Below, one piece after another: positions 46,175 through 55,757 of a DNA stretch of 60,472 nt. The notes under the pieces were generated by a model that was not told the origin of the DNA, ran no database searches, and saw only the letters and a program-made list of their open reading frames with translations. The DNA is from an uncultured Brevinema sp. (GTDB lineage Bacteria; Spirochaetota; Brevinematia; Brevinematales; Brevinemataceae). The stretch spans positions 1-60,472 of the forward strand of contig CAMQSH010000001.1 of assembly GCA_947036575.1 (NCBI GenBank), written 5' to 3'. The translations under genes were made by a program, and so were the position numbers. The number at the start of each line of letters is the position of its first letter. Positions within the stretch are counted from its first letter, which is position 1.

Positions 46175-47371
46175 GTGAATCCTTCCTTTTTGTAATTATA
46201 TTATTAATATTTAAACTTACTTTTTGAGTGATATAAGATATTATTTTTGCTAGAGCTATACACACTATGATCGTAAGTACTATCCTAACAAAGAAAAACA
46301 ATAAATAATAAATTTCTATATTTATGTTTAGCTTACCTAGAGAAGCTAAACTTGGCAAAATAATATATTGTAATGGATCATGTAATAAATAAATCATAAA
46401 ACTGTACACCACCACAGGGTTTTTCTTTTTTTCTTTCTCTTTTTCTTGATAAAGCAATGTGCATATGTTAACGATAATAAAACTTTTAAGGAGCATACTC
46501 GTCAAAGTTAATAAATCAGTGTTATTAAATCGGACTGAAATAAGGTAAAGCACAGGTAATAATAGTGATACAAAAGGTACAATAACAGGTTGTTTTTGAA
46601 TATATTTACTATAAAAATACCCTATGGTAAAAAAAAGTAAATAATAATTTGAAGAGATAGAGCCATACCCTGGTAGTATTAAATTAAAATATGTGAGAAA
46701 TATAATAAATATAATCGTAAAAAGATCATTCTTTAAGAATATCTTATGTATAATATAAAAGATAGGAAATGTCCAAAATAATGTGAGTAAAAACCATAAG
46801 TGCCCTGTATATACTTGTGTATCATGATAGAATGTCATAAAACGAAATAGAACACGCCGTAAGCTATCATCTCCATAAAATGAAGTGAAAAAATATTTTA
46901 TAGGAATCATAAAAAATAAGCCCGTAATAAAAAATGGTGTTATTAAAGATTTAAATTTATCTGCTAACAGTACATCTAAGCTTGGGTACTTTCCTTCTAC
47001 TAAAAAAAACGTTAAACCACTTAAGAAAAAGAAAAAAGGCATATGAAAAGAATAAATAAAGGATCCTATTCGGTGCATATATAGGTATAGATGACTAAAT
47101 CCTAATCCTGTAAAAAATCAGTATAGTCAGCCCCACCCATACTATAATAAGTTGAATGACCTATAACAACAAGAACAATTCCTAATAATCTCATTGAATC
47201 TGTAACTTGTCGAGAAGTGGTGTGAGATGATGCTTTATTATAAAAGATTAGAATAATTAAAAAGATAAAATAATATAAAATATATGTAGATATATCTTTA
47301 CCTGTCATTATTAAGTATGTTCCTATTGATAATGAAATTAGTAATAAAATCCAAGTGGCTGATTTATTCAT
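46167..47371 (-). pseudogene. acyltransferase family 3 (O-acyltransferase), split by stop/frameshift near 47078-47104
   Basis: The N-terminal piece (DSMRLLGIVLVVIGH) and the continuation (FHMPFFFFLSGLTF) sit in different frames, 23 nt apart. Confidence 0.55.
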
Positions 47372-47471
47372 ATTTTCTCTTCTTATAGTTTATTTGGTAA
47401 ATAATAGCCTGTTTGTAATTTCCACAATTCATAAATAATTTTGAAATTGCTACTCATTGTGATTTTTGTTG
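47365..47471. repeat. 107-nt direct repeat (copy 1): relic of the GT2 3' end + intergenic + ATGAATAAA
   Basis: About 93% identical to 49526-49632. Encodes KITMSSNFKIIYELWKLQTGYYLPNKL*. Confidence 0.85.
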
Positions 47472-49532
47472 TTATTTATTTGTTAAATTATATTGTTGAA
47501 TTAAACCATCTATATCTTGGACTCCTTTTTGATCTTTGAGAAGTCCTCTCACAAAAATATACTGTTTTAGAGTAGATACATAATCAACAGATTTAATATT
47601 TATATTATAAGTATTTGCAGCTATAAAAACTTTACCTACTCCATTTTTATCTATCATAACAGGGACGTTTAGCTTTCCATCTCCTGGTCTACTAAAATTT
47701 TTACTAACTCCATATTCTTCTGAAGATATTAAATAAGCCAATTCATAAGGTGATTCATAGTTATAGTGAAAATTGACGTGGTATTTCATGTTTTTATGAT
47801 AAAATGGAACTCCTTCTTTAGGAATAGTCTCATAATCTACACTAATAACAGTCATATAAAATGGAAAGTCCTTTGGTAAAATATTTGGTGGGTAGGAGAC
47901 TTCTATAGTTATATTCTCAGTGTTATTATTGAGAATACTAATCTTTGGCTCAGGAACATTTACAAGATTTGCATTCTTTGTCGTCTGTTTTTCCCAAATA
48001 ACACCAAAATCATTAAGAAGTATAGGCTTGTAATTAGCAAATACTAATTCATATAATTCAAAATTAGCAAACCAAATCCATGGTTGCCAGTAACTCCACT
48101 CTATTGTAGGATTAAGAAAATATCTAGGATTTTCATTGATAAACTCATTTTTATACTGAGTCGTATTTTTCTTACCTAATGCATGAATTACATAGTCAAT
48201 TTGAGAAGGATTAAATTTTTGAGAACGGTCTTCATAAGCCGTAGGATAACTTGAGAATGTGGTATTTGTACCAATCACTTTTTGGAACTCAATAATTTCA
48301 TTTTGGTAACCAGTAATAATACCTTGTTGTTTGACAGCCATAGCTCTAGCAAGCACAGAAGAAAAAGGAATTTTTCTGAGGTAAAGTCCACTTAAAATAA
48401 ATGCTGTTACTAAAATGATAGTTGTAAAAAGTTTGGGGGATTTTTTATTAATGGATTTAAATATAAACAGTACTATAACTCCTACAAGAAGTATGATTAA
48501 CATATTTGACCCTTGCGAGATAATATTTCCATTGGTATAAAAATACATAAAACTAGCTAGTGTTATATGAAGAGATAGTGTGAAATATGTGTAGGAAGAT
48601 CGGGAAAATCGAAAAATCATCATCCCTAAAAATATAATTAAAATAATTAATATTTTAGAATTGAGTAATTGATTGAAAAATATTGGGATATGTTGACTTA
48701 TGAAAAAAGGGAAATAATGATAATACCATACTTGAGCAGTGCCAGCTTCTTTTGTAAATGAAAACCAATTAAAATAATTACCCAGAGTGAGTAAAGATAC
48801 TATTAGAAAATTAGAAATCAGGATTAACAAAATCATTGACAGGGATAAAAAAGCCAGTGATTTAATTGATTTCTTTTCTTTGAAGAATAAATAAAGAATA
48901 AACATCGTCGGATAAATGGGTAATAATGCAAATCCATAATCATTACTCCATATACTTAAAATGCCACAAGATATTGCTAAGAGTAATCCTCTGTGAACGT
49001 AATTTTTACCAGGATTTAGAGAATGAGAAAAAACAATAGCTATAGGAATAACAGAAAATACACGCCAAAATCGAAGTGAATTATCCACTATCATTAAATC
49101 TCCTGCAAAAAACGTACATATTAGTGCTACGATTATTCGTGATGATTTAGATTTTTCCATAATTCCTAATAAAAAATAGATCCCAATGAATAGAACAAGT
49201 GGTTGTAAATGTGTAGCAATTAGAGAAGAATGAAAACTCCCTCCAAAGAGAGCTGTCAAAATAGATGTTATATAAAGAGGTCCAAATCCAAGATAGTAAT
49301 AAAAATCCTTGAAAGGAATCTGCCCATCTAATAAGCGTCTGATGCCGTTATAAGTTTGATAATCTCCATTAATAGGGCTGAAAACAGGATATGTAACTCT
49401 GAACAAGGCAGCACTTCCAACACTAAGTATAAAACTTATTATAGCTAATAATATTGTAATATTGATAAAAGTAATAGGTCCAATTTTGAAATTTTTAAGA
49501 TTTTCTATATAAGTTGTAAATTTTTTATTCAT
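47472..49532 (-). CDS. polytopic membrane protein with large C-terminal extracytoplasmic domain (GT-C-like glycosyltransferase candidate)
   Basis: 686 aa with about 12 TM segments in the first ~400 aa, then a soluble ~280-aa domain. Glycan operon context. Confidence 0.5.
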   Translation of the reverse strand: MNKKFTTYIENLKNFKIGPITFINITILLAIISFILSVGSAALFRVTYPVFSPINGDYQTYNGIRRLLDGQIPFKDFYYYLGFGPLYITSILTALFGGSFHSSLIATHLQPLVLFIGIYFLLGIMEKSKSSRIIVALICTFFAGDLMIVDNSLRFWRVFSVIPIAIVFSHSLNPGKNYVHRGLLLAISCGILSIWSNDYGFALLPIYPTMFILYLFFKEKKSIKSLAFLSLSMILLILISNFLIVSLLTLGNYFNWFSFTKEAGTAQVWYYHYFPFFISQHIPIFFNQLLNSKILIILIIFLGMMIFRFSRSSYTYFTLSLHITLASFMYFYTNGNIISQGSNMLIILLVGVIVLFIFKSINKKSPKLFTTIILVTAFILSGLYLRKIPFSSVLARAMAVKQQGIITGYQNEIIEFQKVIGTNTTFSSYPTAYEDRSQKFNPSQIDYVIHALGKKNTTQYKNEFINENPRYFLNPTIEWSYWQPWIWFANFELYELVFANYKPILLNDFGVIWEKQTTKNANLVNVPEPKISILNNNTENITIEVSYPPNILPKDFPFYMTVISVDYETIPKEGVPFYHKNMKYHVNFHYNYESPYELAYLISSEEYGVSKNFSRPGDGKLNVPVMIDKNGVGKVFIAANTYNINIKSVDYVSTLKQYIFVRGLLKDQKGVQDIDGLIQQYNLTNK

Positions 49533-49632
49533 ATTTTCCTTTCTTATTGTTTATTTGGTAAATAATAGCCTGTTTGTAATTTCCACAATTCATGAATAAT
49601 CTTGAAATTGCCACTCATTGTGATTTTTGTTG
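49526..49632. repeat. 107-nt direct repeat (copy 2)
   Basis: Overlaps the genuine GT2 3' end and the start of the 686-aa gene. Confidence 0.85.
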
Positions 49633-50326
49633 GTGTTTTTCCTTTGGGGGGATAGACACGAGATACGGGAATTTCACAAACTTTGTAGCCTAATTTTGGT
49701 GCCATTACAGACATATAAAATAGTAATTCATAAGCAGTAAAAATATCACGAAAAATAGAAAGATTCGTATCTTCTAAAAATTGACGAGAAATACCTCTGT
49801 ATGCAGAAGTTGTATCTGTATATTTAAACCCAGACATAAAGCTAATCCATGGTGCATGAACTAATTTTACAGCAAGAAAGCGAGATAAAGGTGTGTTTTC
49901 ATGAAAACCACTTAGAACAAACCGAGAACCTTGAATAAAATCTTGTCCCTTTTCTAACTCAGTAATAAAATTAGGAATCGCATCAACTCCATCTTTATTA
50001 TTACCATCAATAGTAACAATTCCTTTGTATCCTCGATTAAGAATAAAGTCAAATCCCATACGGAATTGAGCTCCTTGTTTACCAGCACCTGTCTTAATAA
50101 GTAAAGTATTAATATTCATTGATTTCAAAAAATCGTGGTCAGTACTACCGTCAGTAGTATTTCCATCAAAAATAATAATATCAGCAATTTTATCAATTCC
50201 TTGATCTAGCATTGTTTGTAATTCTTTTTTGATTTTTTCACCTTCGTTTAGGAGGGGAATCCCTACACAATAGTCGTGTTGTTTTGGAGAAAATTCAAAA
50301 ATATCATAACTTGGAACTTGTCTCAT
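49544..50326 (-). CDS. family 2 glycosyltransferase (polyprenol-phosphate sugar synthase-like, soluble)
   Basis: GT2 fold motifs (IPLLNEG, IFDGNTTDGS, TIDGNNKDG). 260 aa. Confidence 0.7.
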   Translation of the reverse strand: MRQVPSYDIFEFSPKQHDYCVGIPLLNEGEKIKKELQTMLDQGIDKIADIIIFDGNTTDGSTDHDFLKSMNINTLLIKTGAGKQGAQFRMGFDFILNRGYKGIVTIDGNNKDGVDAIPNFITELEKGQDFIQGSRFVLSGFHENTPLSRFLAVKLVHAPWISFMSGFKYTDTTSAYRGISRQFLEDTNLSIFRDIFTAYELLFYMSVMAPKLGYKVCEIPVSRVYPPKGKTPTKITMSGNFKIIHELWKLQTGYYLPNKQ

Positions 50327-51171
50327 TATAAGTACTCCTGCACTAGTTTTATGGTGTTATCTAATAATTCTAAATCTGTTGTCTGTGATACCATTTCTAT
50401 AGAAAGCATATTCATATTTTTTGCACTTGTAAAATATCCATCATTTGTAGGTGCAGAAAATGATGGTATGCAAGCTGTTTTATAACTAGAAATATATTGT
50501 TCTATCTCTATTCTAAATTCATTAAAATTAGTTTTTAAAAAAGGAATACTAACATGAGCATGTCTTACATCTTTTATATTAGAAATAATCTCAGAGATAT
50601 TTTCTTGTTCTAAAATCATAGTACTGAGATCTAGATTTATCCATATATTATTCCATCTATTACTACTAATAAAATCTTGAACTTTTGTAGTGGTAGTCAA
50701 AAAATTAGTGCCATATTGGCTAGAGTTAGCTTCAATGTTAAGAAAGCATTTTTTTTGTTCAGCATAATTATTTAGTTCTGTGAAAAATTCAATAGCAACA
50801 GAGTCGTCCCCATTCTCTGGGAGTATTCTTAGTTTTGGAGATCCAAATACTAAATTTTTGATTTCTAAAGATGAAGCGATATTAATGGCTTTTTTAGTGG
50901 ACTCTAGAAGATTTGCTCTTTGCTCATCTGTCCCAAATAAGAAAGCATCTTCGACTCCAAAATGAATACTCTGCATGGATACAGCACGAAGTCCAAAAGA
51001 TTCCCACTCTTGTTGGCAGCTTAGGTAAAAGTCAATATCCTCGTTAAGAGCCTTACTACTGAGTTTACTCAATACTATTTCAATGAATGTCACCTTGTTA
51101 TTTTGTAGTAATGTATAGACACTTAGTCTGTCCGTATTATCCCATGCTAGGTTAGAAATACATAGTTCCAT
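50326..51171 (-). CDS. sugar-phosphate isomerase/epimerase (xylose-isomerase-like TIM barrel)
   Basis: 281 aa with AP-endonuclease-2/TIM-like features. Its start overlaps the upstream stop. Confidence 0.55.
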   Translation of the reverse strand: MELCISNLAWDNTDRLSVYTLLQNNKVTFIEIVLSKLSSKALNEDIDFYLSCQQEWESFGLRAVSMQSIHFGVEDAFLFGTDEQRANLLESTKKAINIASSLEIKNLVFGSPKLRILPENGDDSVAIEFFTELNNYAEQKKCFLNIEANSSQYGTNFLTTTTKVQDFISSNRWNNIWINLDLSTMILEQENISEIISNIKDVRHAHVSIPFLKTNFNEFRIEIEQYISSYKTACIPSFSAPTNDGYFTSAKNMNMLSIEMVSQTTDLELLDNTIKLVQEYL

Positions 51172-52103
51172 TAAAGCACTCCATTTTCTATAAAAAAGTC
51201 TATAAGCTCTGATAAAATTTGTTTTTTATTATAAAGATATGTTGTGTTATCCCATAGAGAAGCAAAGTTAGATTTCATATTATAATCAAATTTGTTAGCT
51301 GTTGTATTATTAAACTCTTTATGAAATAGTATATTCATAATTTCCTTTGGTGTAATGGGATGTGAACAAATATTCAATTCTTTAATATTGTTTGTAAGAG
51401 CCTTATTTATATCATCATAAAGGTGTCTTAAGTTGTAAAATTGAAATAAGCTATCAGCATTGGTGAATTGTAAAGATGTGAAATTTAATTTATTAAAAAC
51501 AGAATATATTTCTTGTAGCATTCTATCTTCATGGGCAGAATCTTTTTGAAATTGATACATACTCTTTGATTCATTTAATAAATAATATTTGTTGAGAATA
51601 GGTTCCTGATTAGATAGCTCTTCAAATTTATCTGCTTTAAGAAAGGCAGGAGCAGGATTGATAATATCATAAAGAAAATTCTTCTTGATTTTATAGCCAA
51701 ATAATGCTGGTAAACGAACAATTAAATGTTTTTCAAACATTTCAGCAAATTGAAGTTCTGCCATTCGTCTATGATCTCCATAAGGAGTATTTGTATCAAA
51801 TTCTAAAGAACTTTCATCTGCTGTAACAGGTTGAGAATAAACAGCGATTGTAGAAATCAAAACAGCCGTTTTTGCTTTTACTGTTTTTAGAATATCTAAG
51901 ATATCTTGGATATTTTTTTTATCTTGTTCTGGATTTGTATTTGCTACAAACATTTCTGCAGGAATCCCTGCACATACGAGAAAATCAAATTCTTTATTTT
52001 TGATCTCATGAATATTTTTTGAGTTATACAGATCTGTGAAGCTTGTTTTTTCTAGGAGATTACCACCGACAAATCCAGTATATCCAATTAAAGCTGTTTT
52101 CAT
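51171..52103 (-). CDS. NAD(P)-dependent epimerase/dehydratase-like (extended SDR)
   Basis: N-terminal Rossmann motif IGYTGFVGGNL. 310 aa. Confidence 0.6.
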   Translation of the reverse strand: MKTALIGYTGFVGGNLLEKTSFTDLYNSKNIHEIKNKEFDFLVCAGIPAEMFVANTNPEQDKKNIQDILDILKTVKAKTAVLISTIAVYSQPVTADESSLEFDTNTPYGDHRRMAELQFAEMFEKHLIVRLPALFGYKIKKNFLYDIINPAPAFLKADKFEELSNQEPILNKYYLLNESKSMYQFQKDSAHEDRMLQEIYSVFNKLNFTSLQFTNADSLFQFYNLRHLYDDINKALTNNIKELNICSHPITPKEIMNILFHKEFNNTTANKFDYNMKSNFASLWDNTTYLYNKKQILSELIDFFIENGVL

Positions 52104-52111
52104 AATTTTTC

Positions 52112-53011
52112 CTATAATTTTGTTATTTGTTTAACCCTGTAAATAGGTCCATGTTGAATTTCCTTACCCAACATTCCTAAGTAACGGACAATAATTGATA
52201 AGATCCCAAAAATTCCTGTCAATCCAAAGGAAATAAGTACAAATAAAGTGGTCCACCCAGGAGCAATATCTTGTTTAAATAGGTGAATACAAACAGCATA
52301 GATTATCCCAAGTATAGAAACAACAAAACATGTGCTAGAAATTAAAAAAGCAATCCTTGGTAACAAATCTGAGAACATCATCATATACAATGTATATTCA
52401 TTTTTTGATAGTAAAACATTTTTATTTGTCTTATATTCAATTGCTTTAGTTTTATATCCAGTGGTTTGCAATAACACTCTTAAAGGAAGTATTTTACTAC
52501 TTGTTAATGTATAAGTATTCAACACTCTTTTGGAGATTAAAAATATGAATTCATGCTGAACAAGAATTTCTTCTTCGGATACCCAATTAACAAGTCTAAG
52601 TATTGCTCTATGTCTAAACTTACTATAACGAGTACTTAGCACTATAATATCAGTACCATTTTTATGTTCATCATACATCAGTTGTAGTTGAGAAATTAAA
52701 TCTGGTATTGTCCCATCTGTAATAATAAAAACAGAATCTCCTTTAGAAAATTCAATACCAGCCCTTAGAGCGTGGTCTTGAACATGCCCTCTCCCCATAT
52801 CTACAAACATAATATCGTTGGATGTAGGTTGCAGGATTTGTTTTAATTCATGTGCTGATAAAATAGAATTATTGACCAATATAAGTTCGTAATATTCAAA
52901 GTAAGAGGATATCCATGTTTCTAATTCGTTAAATTGCTTAGCACTAAGATTTATTAAAGAATCATAGTATACAACAAAAGAAGCATAGTTTTTTTCTTTT
53001 TGATTAATCAA
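52112..53011 (-). CDS. family 2 glycosyltransferase with C-terminal TM pair (GtrB/ArnC-like polyprenyl-phosphate glycosyltransferase)
   Basis: GT2 N-terminal domain plus two C-terminal TM helices. 299 aa. Confidence 0.65.
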   Translation of the reverse strand: MINQKEKNYASFVVYYDSLINLSAKQFNELETWISSYFEYYELILVNNSILSAHELKQILQPTSNDIMFVDMGRGHVQDHALRAGIEFSKGDSVFIITDGTIPDLISQLQLMYDEHKNGTDIIVLSTRYSKFRHRAILRLVNWVSEEEILVQHEFIFLISKRVLNTYTLTSSKILPLRVLLQTTGYKTKAIEYKTNKNVLLSKNEYTLYMMMFSDLLPRIAFLISSTCFVVSILGIIYAVCIHLFKQDIAPGWTTLFVLISFGLTGIFGILSIIVRYLGMLGKEIQHGPIYRVKQITKL

Positions 53012-54312
53012 TTTTTTCTCCTTGTAAATATTTGTAAAACAGGTCTAACAAAAGAGAGAATCTCTTCTTTATCAGGCACGCTACACAATACAGCTAATAC
53101 CATTAAAAACCAAAATGGCACAAACCATAAAACATAGTTCATTCCTACATGAACCGCTGAATGTTGCATAAAAATAATATAATGAGATAAGGCTCCAAAA
53201 AAAGATAAAATAATAATAACATATAGAGCAAGTATTTTTTGTGCAGGAATAAGAATACCCGTTCCAATAAGCTGTAGCATACGAGGAAATATGTGTCCAA
53301 GAAAACGTAGAAATATAATTGTTATTCCTATAGCGCTACCTATAGCCAAGGATATTCCGTAAATTTTAATATCAAAAATATATAGCTCTAAAACACCTAA
53401 TAGTGTATATATAGAATCTTCATCATACTCTAATCTAGTATTTATAGTACGCCAATATAATCGACCTAAGATTAGGTCAAAATTACCCAGTAATATAGTA
53501 TGAATGATCAAAGTAACTACAATACCTAATATACAAGCTGCAGATGTTTTAAGAAAAATAGAGAAAAATTCTTTCCAAATCCACCCTCTTGAAAGAGCAA
53601 AATAAAAAATAGGTAGGGTAGTCATTATCATAATGGTAGTGAGAAATTCGTATCCCATACTTGCCTTTAGGGCAATAGTCAAAAATACAAATAAATACAT
53701 ATATTTATAATGTTTTTCATTTTGTTGATATAAATAATATGCTACAACAAGTAAGGGTAAAAACCAAGACCAAGTCATCCAATAAATATTACGAGCAAAT
53801 ATTGTTAACCATATATTTGTAGATATCACCCACACGCCCATAATACTTACAGAAAACAAACCAAATTCATATGCCAAAAATGTCAGTAATAATGCTAACA
53901 CAAGAGCTGTGGCTAAGGCAACAACTGCTTGGGTAAGTCGGTAACTTTTCCATTGACTATAAAGATCATCTTTAAAAATTACTCTTGTGCCAAGTTGGTA
54001 AAAAGGACGTAATAATATGCTTTGCACACCTAAATGAGAGGTGTACATGCTTACACTATCGATATTTGTAATATCAGGAATTTTGTCATAAGCAACCATG
54101 CCTATATTTTGTAAAAAATGCTTTGAATGTTCAGGAAAAATATCATCAACTATTAGATCAGTGAGAATTAAATTGGCACTGTCATGTTGATGATACCAAA
54201 AAACATCCCATTTACTAATACTCAGAAAAGCAGTCATTCCATTGAAAAACCACAGGACAAAAAATATTAGAAAAAATATTTTATATTTATTTGTTACAAT
54301 CATTGTTTTCAT
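53008..54312 (-). CDS. polytopic membrane protein (glycan polymerase / GT-C-like candidate)
   Basis: About 10 TM segments. I prefer the start MKTMIV at 54312 (AAGGA upstream) over the listed 54375, which overlaps the FAD gene by 47 nt. Confidence 0.5.
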   Translation of the reverse strand: MKTMIVTNKYKIFFLIFFVLWFFNGMTAFLSISKWDVFWYHQHDSANLILTDLIVDDIFPEHSKHFLQNIGMVAYDKIPDITNIDSVSMYTSHLGVQSILLRPFYQLGTRVIFKDDLYSQWKSYRLTQAVVALATALVLALLLTFLAYEFGLFSVSIMGVWVISTNIWLTIFARNIYWMTWSWFLPLLVVAYYLYQQNEKHYKYMYLFVFLTIALKASMGYEFLTTIMIMTTLPIFYFALSRGWIWKEFFSIFLKTSAACILGIVVTLIIHTILLGNFDLILGRLYWRTINTRLEYDEDSIYTLLGVLELYIFDIKIYGISLAIGSAIGITIIFLRFLGHIFPRMLQLIGTGILIPAQKILALYVIIILSFFGALSHYIIFMQHSAVHVGMNYVLWFVPFWFLMVLAVLCSVPDKEEILSFVRPVLQIFTRRKN

Positions 54313-54328
54313 TAATTTAGTCCTTGTT

Positions 54329-55441
54329 TTATAAAAATTTATCCATTTCATAGATAGTGTTAATTTTACCACCAAGTACAGAAATAAAAGTGGGTGATTC
54401 TGAATCTTGCTGGATGATTACGGGTCGAGAATCGGATAAAGAACTTGCCTGTATTAAGGCTTTTACTGTAAAAATACTTCCATTGTATTCTGGTAAAATA
54501 TCATATCGAAGATATTTTTTTGCTAATTGATACATATGAACCCAAGCTGATTCGGGACGAACAGGACAAATATTACAGTTTTGCACTTGTTTTGTAGAGC
54601 AGGTTTTTGATTTTTTTTGACAAGAAAAATCAGGTGTATCAGAAAAGGATGTTTCATGAGGTGTGTACCGTACAGCAGATAAAGAAAATTGCCCTTGAAA
54701 ATCAAAAGGCATTAAGGAGAAAAATGGCCCGTCCATGACGGTTAAACCATAGTTTTGCAAAGCTGGGGGAACATTACACAGCACCATTTCTGTAAGTTCA
54801 AATTTCATAGGCAAAAGATTAAAACCAAAAGCTTGAATAATAGTGTTTAGAGATCCATATGTAGTATTTAATACCCAGTCTGCCTCTATAGGAGTGTGAT
54901 TGTCACTTTTAATAATCCAATGAGAACTTTGAGGGATGACCTCTTTTAAGCGAAAATTTGGAATGAATTGAATATTATTCGTATTTTGAATTTGTTCTAA
55001 AAAATAGTCTTTAAGTTTTAGCATATCAACTGTATATTCTAAAGCACTATATGTAGCCTCTATATATTCTGTGTTGAAAAATTGTTGTGAATTTATTGGT
55101 GTATATGGAATAGACGCTTCTCTACAGAATTTTTCAAAATTTTCAGCAGATGCAAAAGAAAACTGTTTTGCAACAGCATAAATTTTACTGTAATTATCTA
55201 GAACAGCCATAGGATATTCTAAATGAAAACGCTCAAAATATTCGTTACATTTAATAGCTGTATGTAAAGATCGAGGATAATGATAACCATTGTGAAGACG
55301 CGCTTGATTAACATATGTTGCTCGAGAGAAAATATCAGTATCATAATCTAGTAGTGTGATTTTTTTAAGAGGGTTTTTTTGAGCTAATTTAAGAGCAGCA
55401 TAGCAACCATATATACCTGCTCCAAATATTACATAACTCAT
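54329..55441 (-). CDS. FAD-dependent oxidoreductase (Rossmann GxGxxG type)
   Basis: N-terminal VIFGAGIYGCYAALKLA. 370 aa. First gene of the operon. Confidence 0.7.
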   Translation of the reverse strand: MSYVIFGAGIYGCYAALKLAQKNPLKKITLLDYDTDIFSRATYVNQARLHNGYHYPRSLHTAIKCNEYFERFHLEYPMAVLDNYSKIYAVAKQFSFASAENFEKFCREASIPYTPINSQQFFNTEYIEATYSALEYTVDMLKLKDYFLEQIQNTNNIQFIPNFRLKEVIPQSSHWIIKSDNHTPIEADWVLNTTYGSLNTIIQAFGFNLLPMKFELTEMVLCNVPPALQNYGLTVMDGPFFSLMPFDFQGQFSLSAVRYTPHETSFSDTPDFSCQKKSKTCSTKQVQNCNICPVRPESAWVHMYQLAKKYLRYDILPEYNGSIFTVKALIQASSLSDSRPVIIQQDSESPTFISVLGGKINTIYEMDKFL

Positions 55442-55710
55442 ACTATACTCCTAAACACAAATACAAATACTTTTAAATAATCACTGTTGGCAGAAAAATA
55501 TTATAAATCATTTCATCGTTTTTGTCAATTCTACACCCTATTTATCTCTTAACTTTTGTAAAATTATCAAAAACAGTTAAAAATATTTACTGTTTCTAAG
55601 TAATATTTCACTATAATATTTAAAAACTTTAAGTATTTACAAACAAACATATTAAAACTTTATATTCATATATCAAATAAAATCTTGTTTAATTTAAAAT
55701 ATAAATTATA

Positions 55711-55743
55711 ATTACAATACAAATTACAATACAAATTACAATA
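55711..55743. repeat. 12-nt tandem repeat ATTACAATACAA x ~2.75
   Basis: Immediately upstream of the AGGAG RBS of the GH36 gene. Confidence 0.7.
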
Positions 55744-55757
55744 TTAGGAGATATTTT

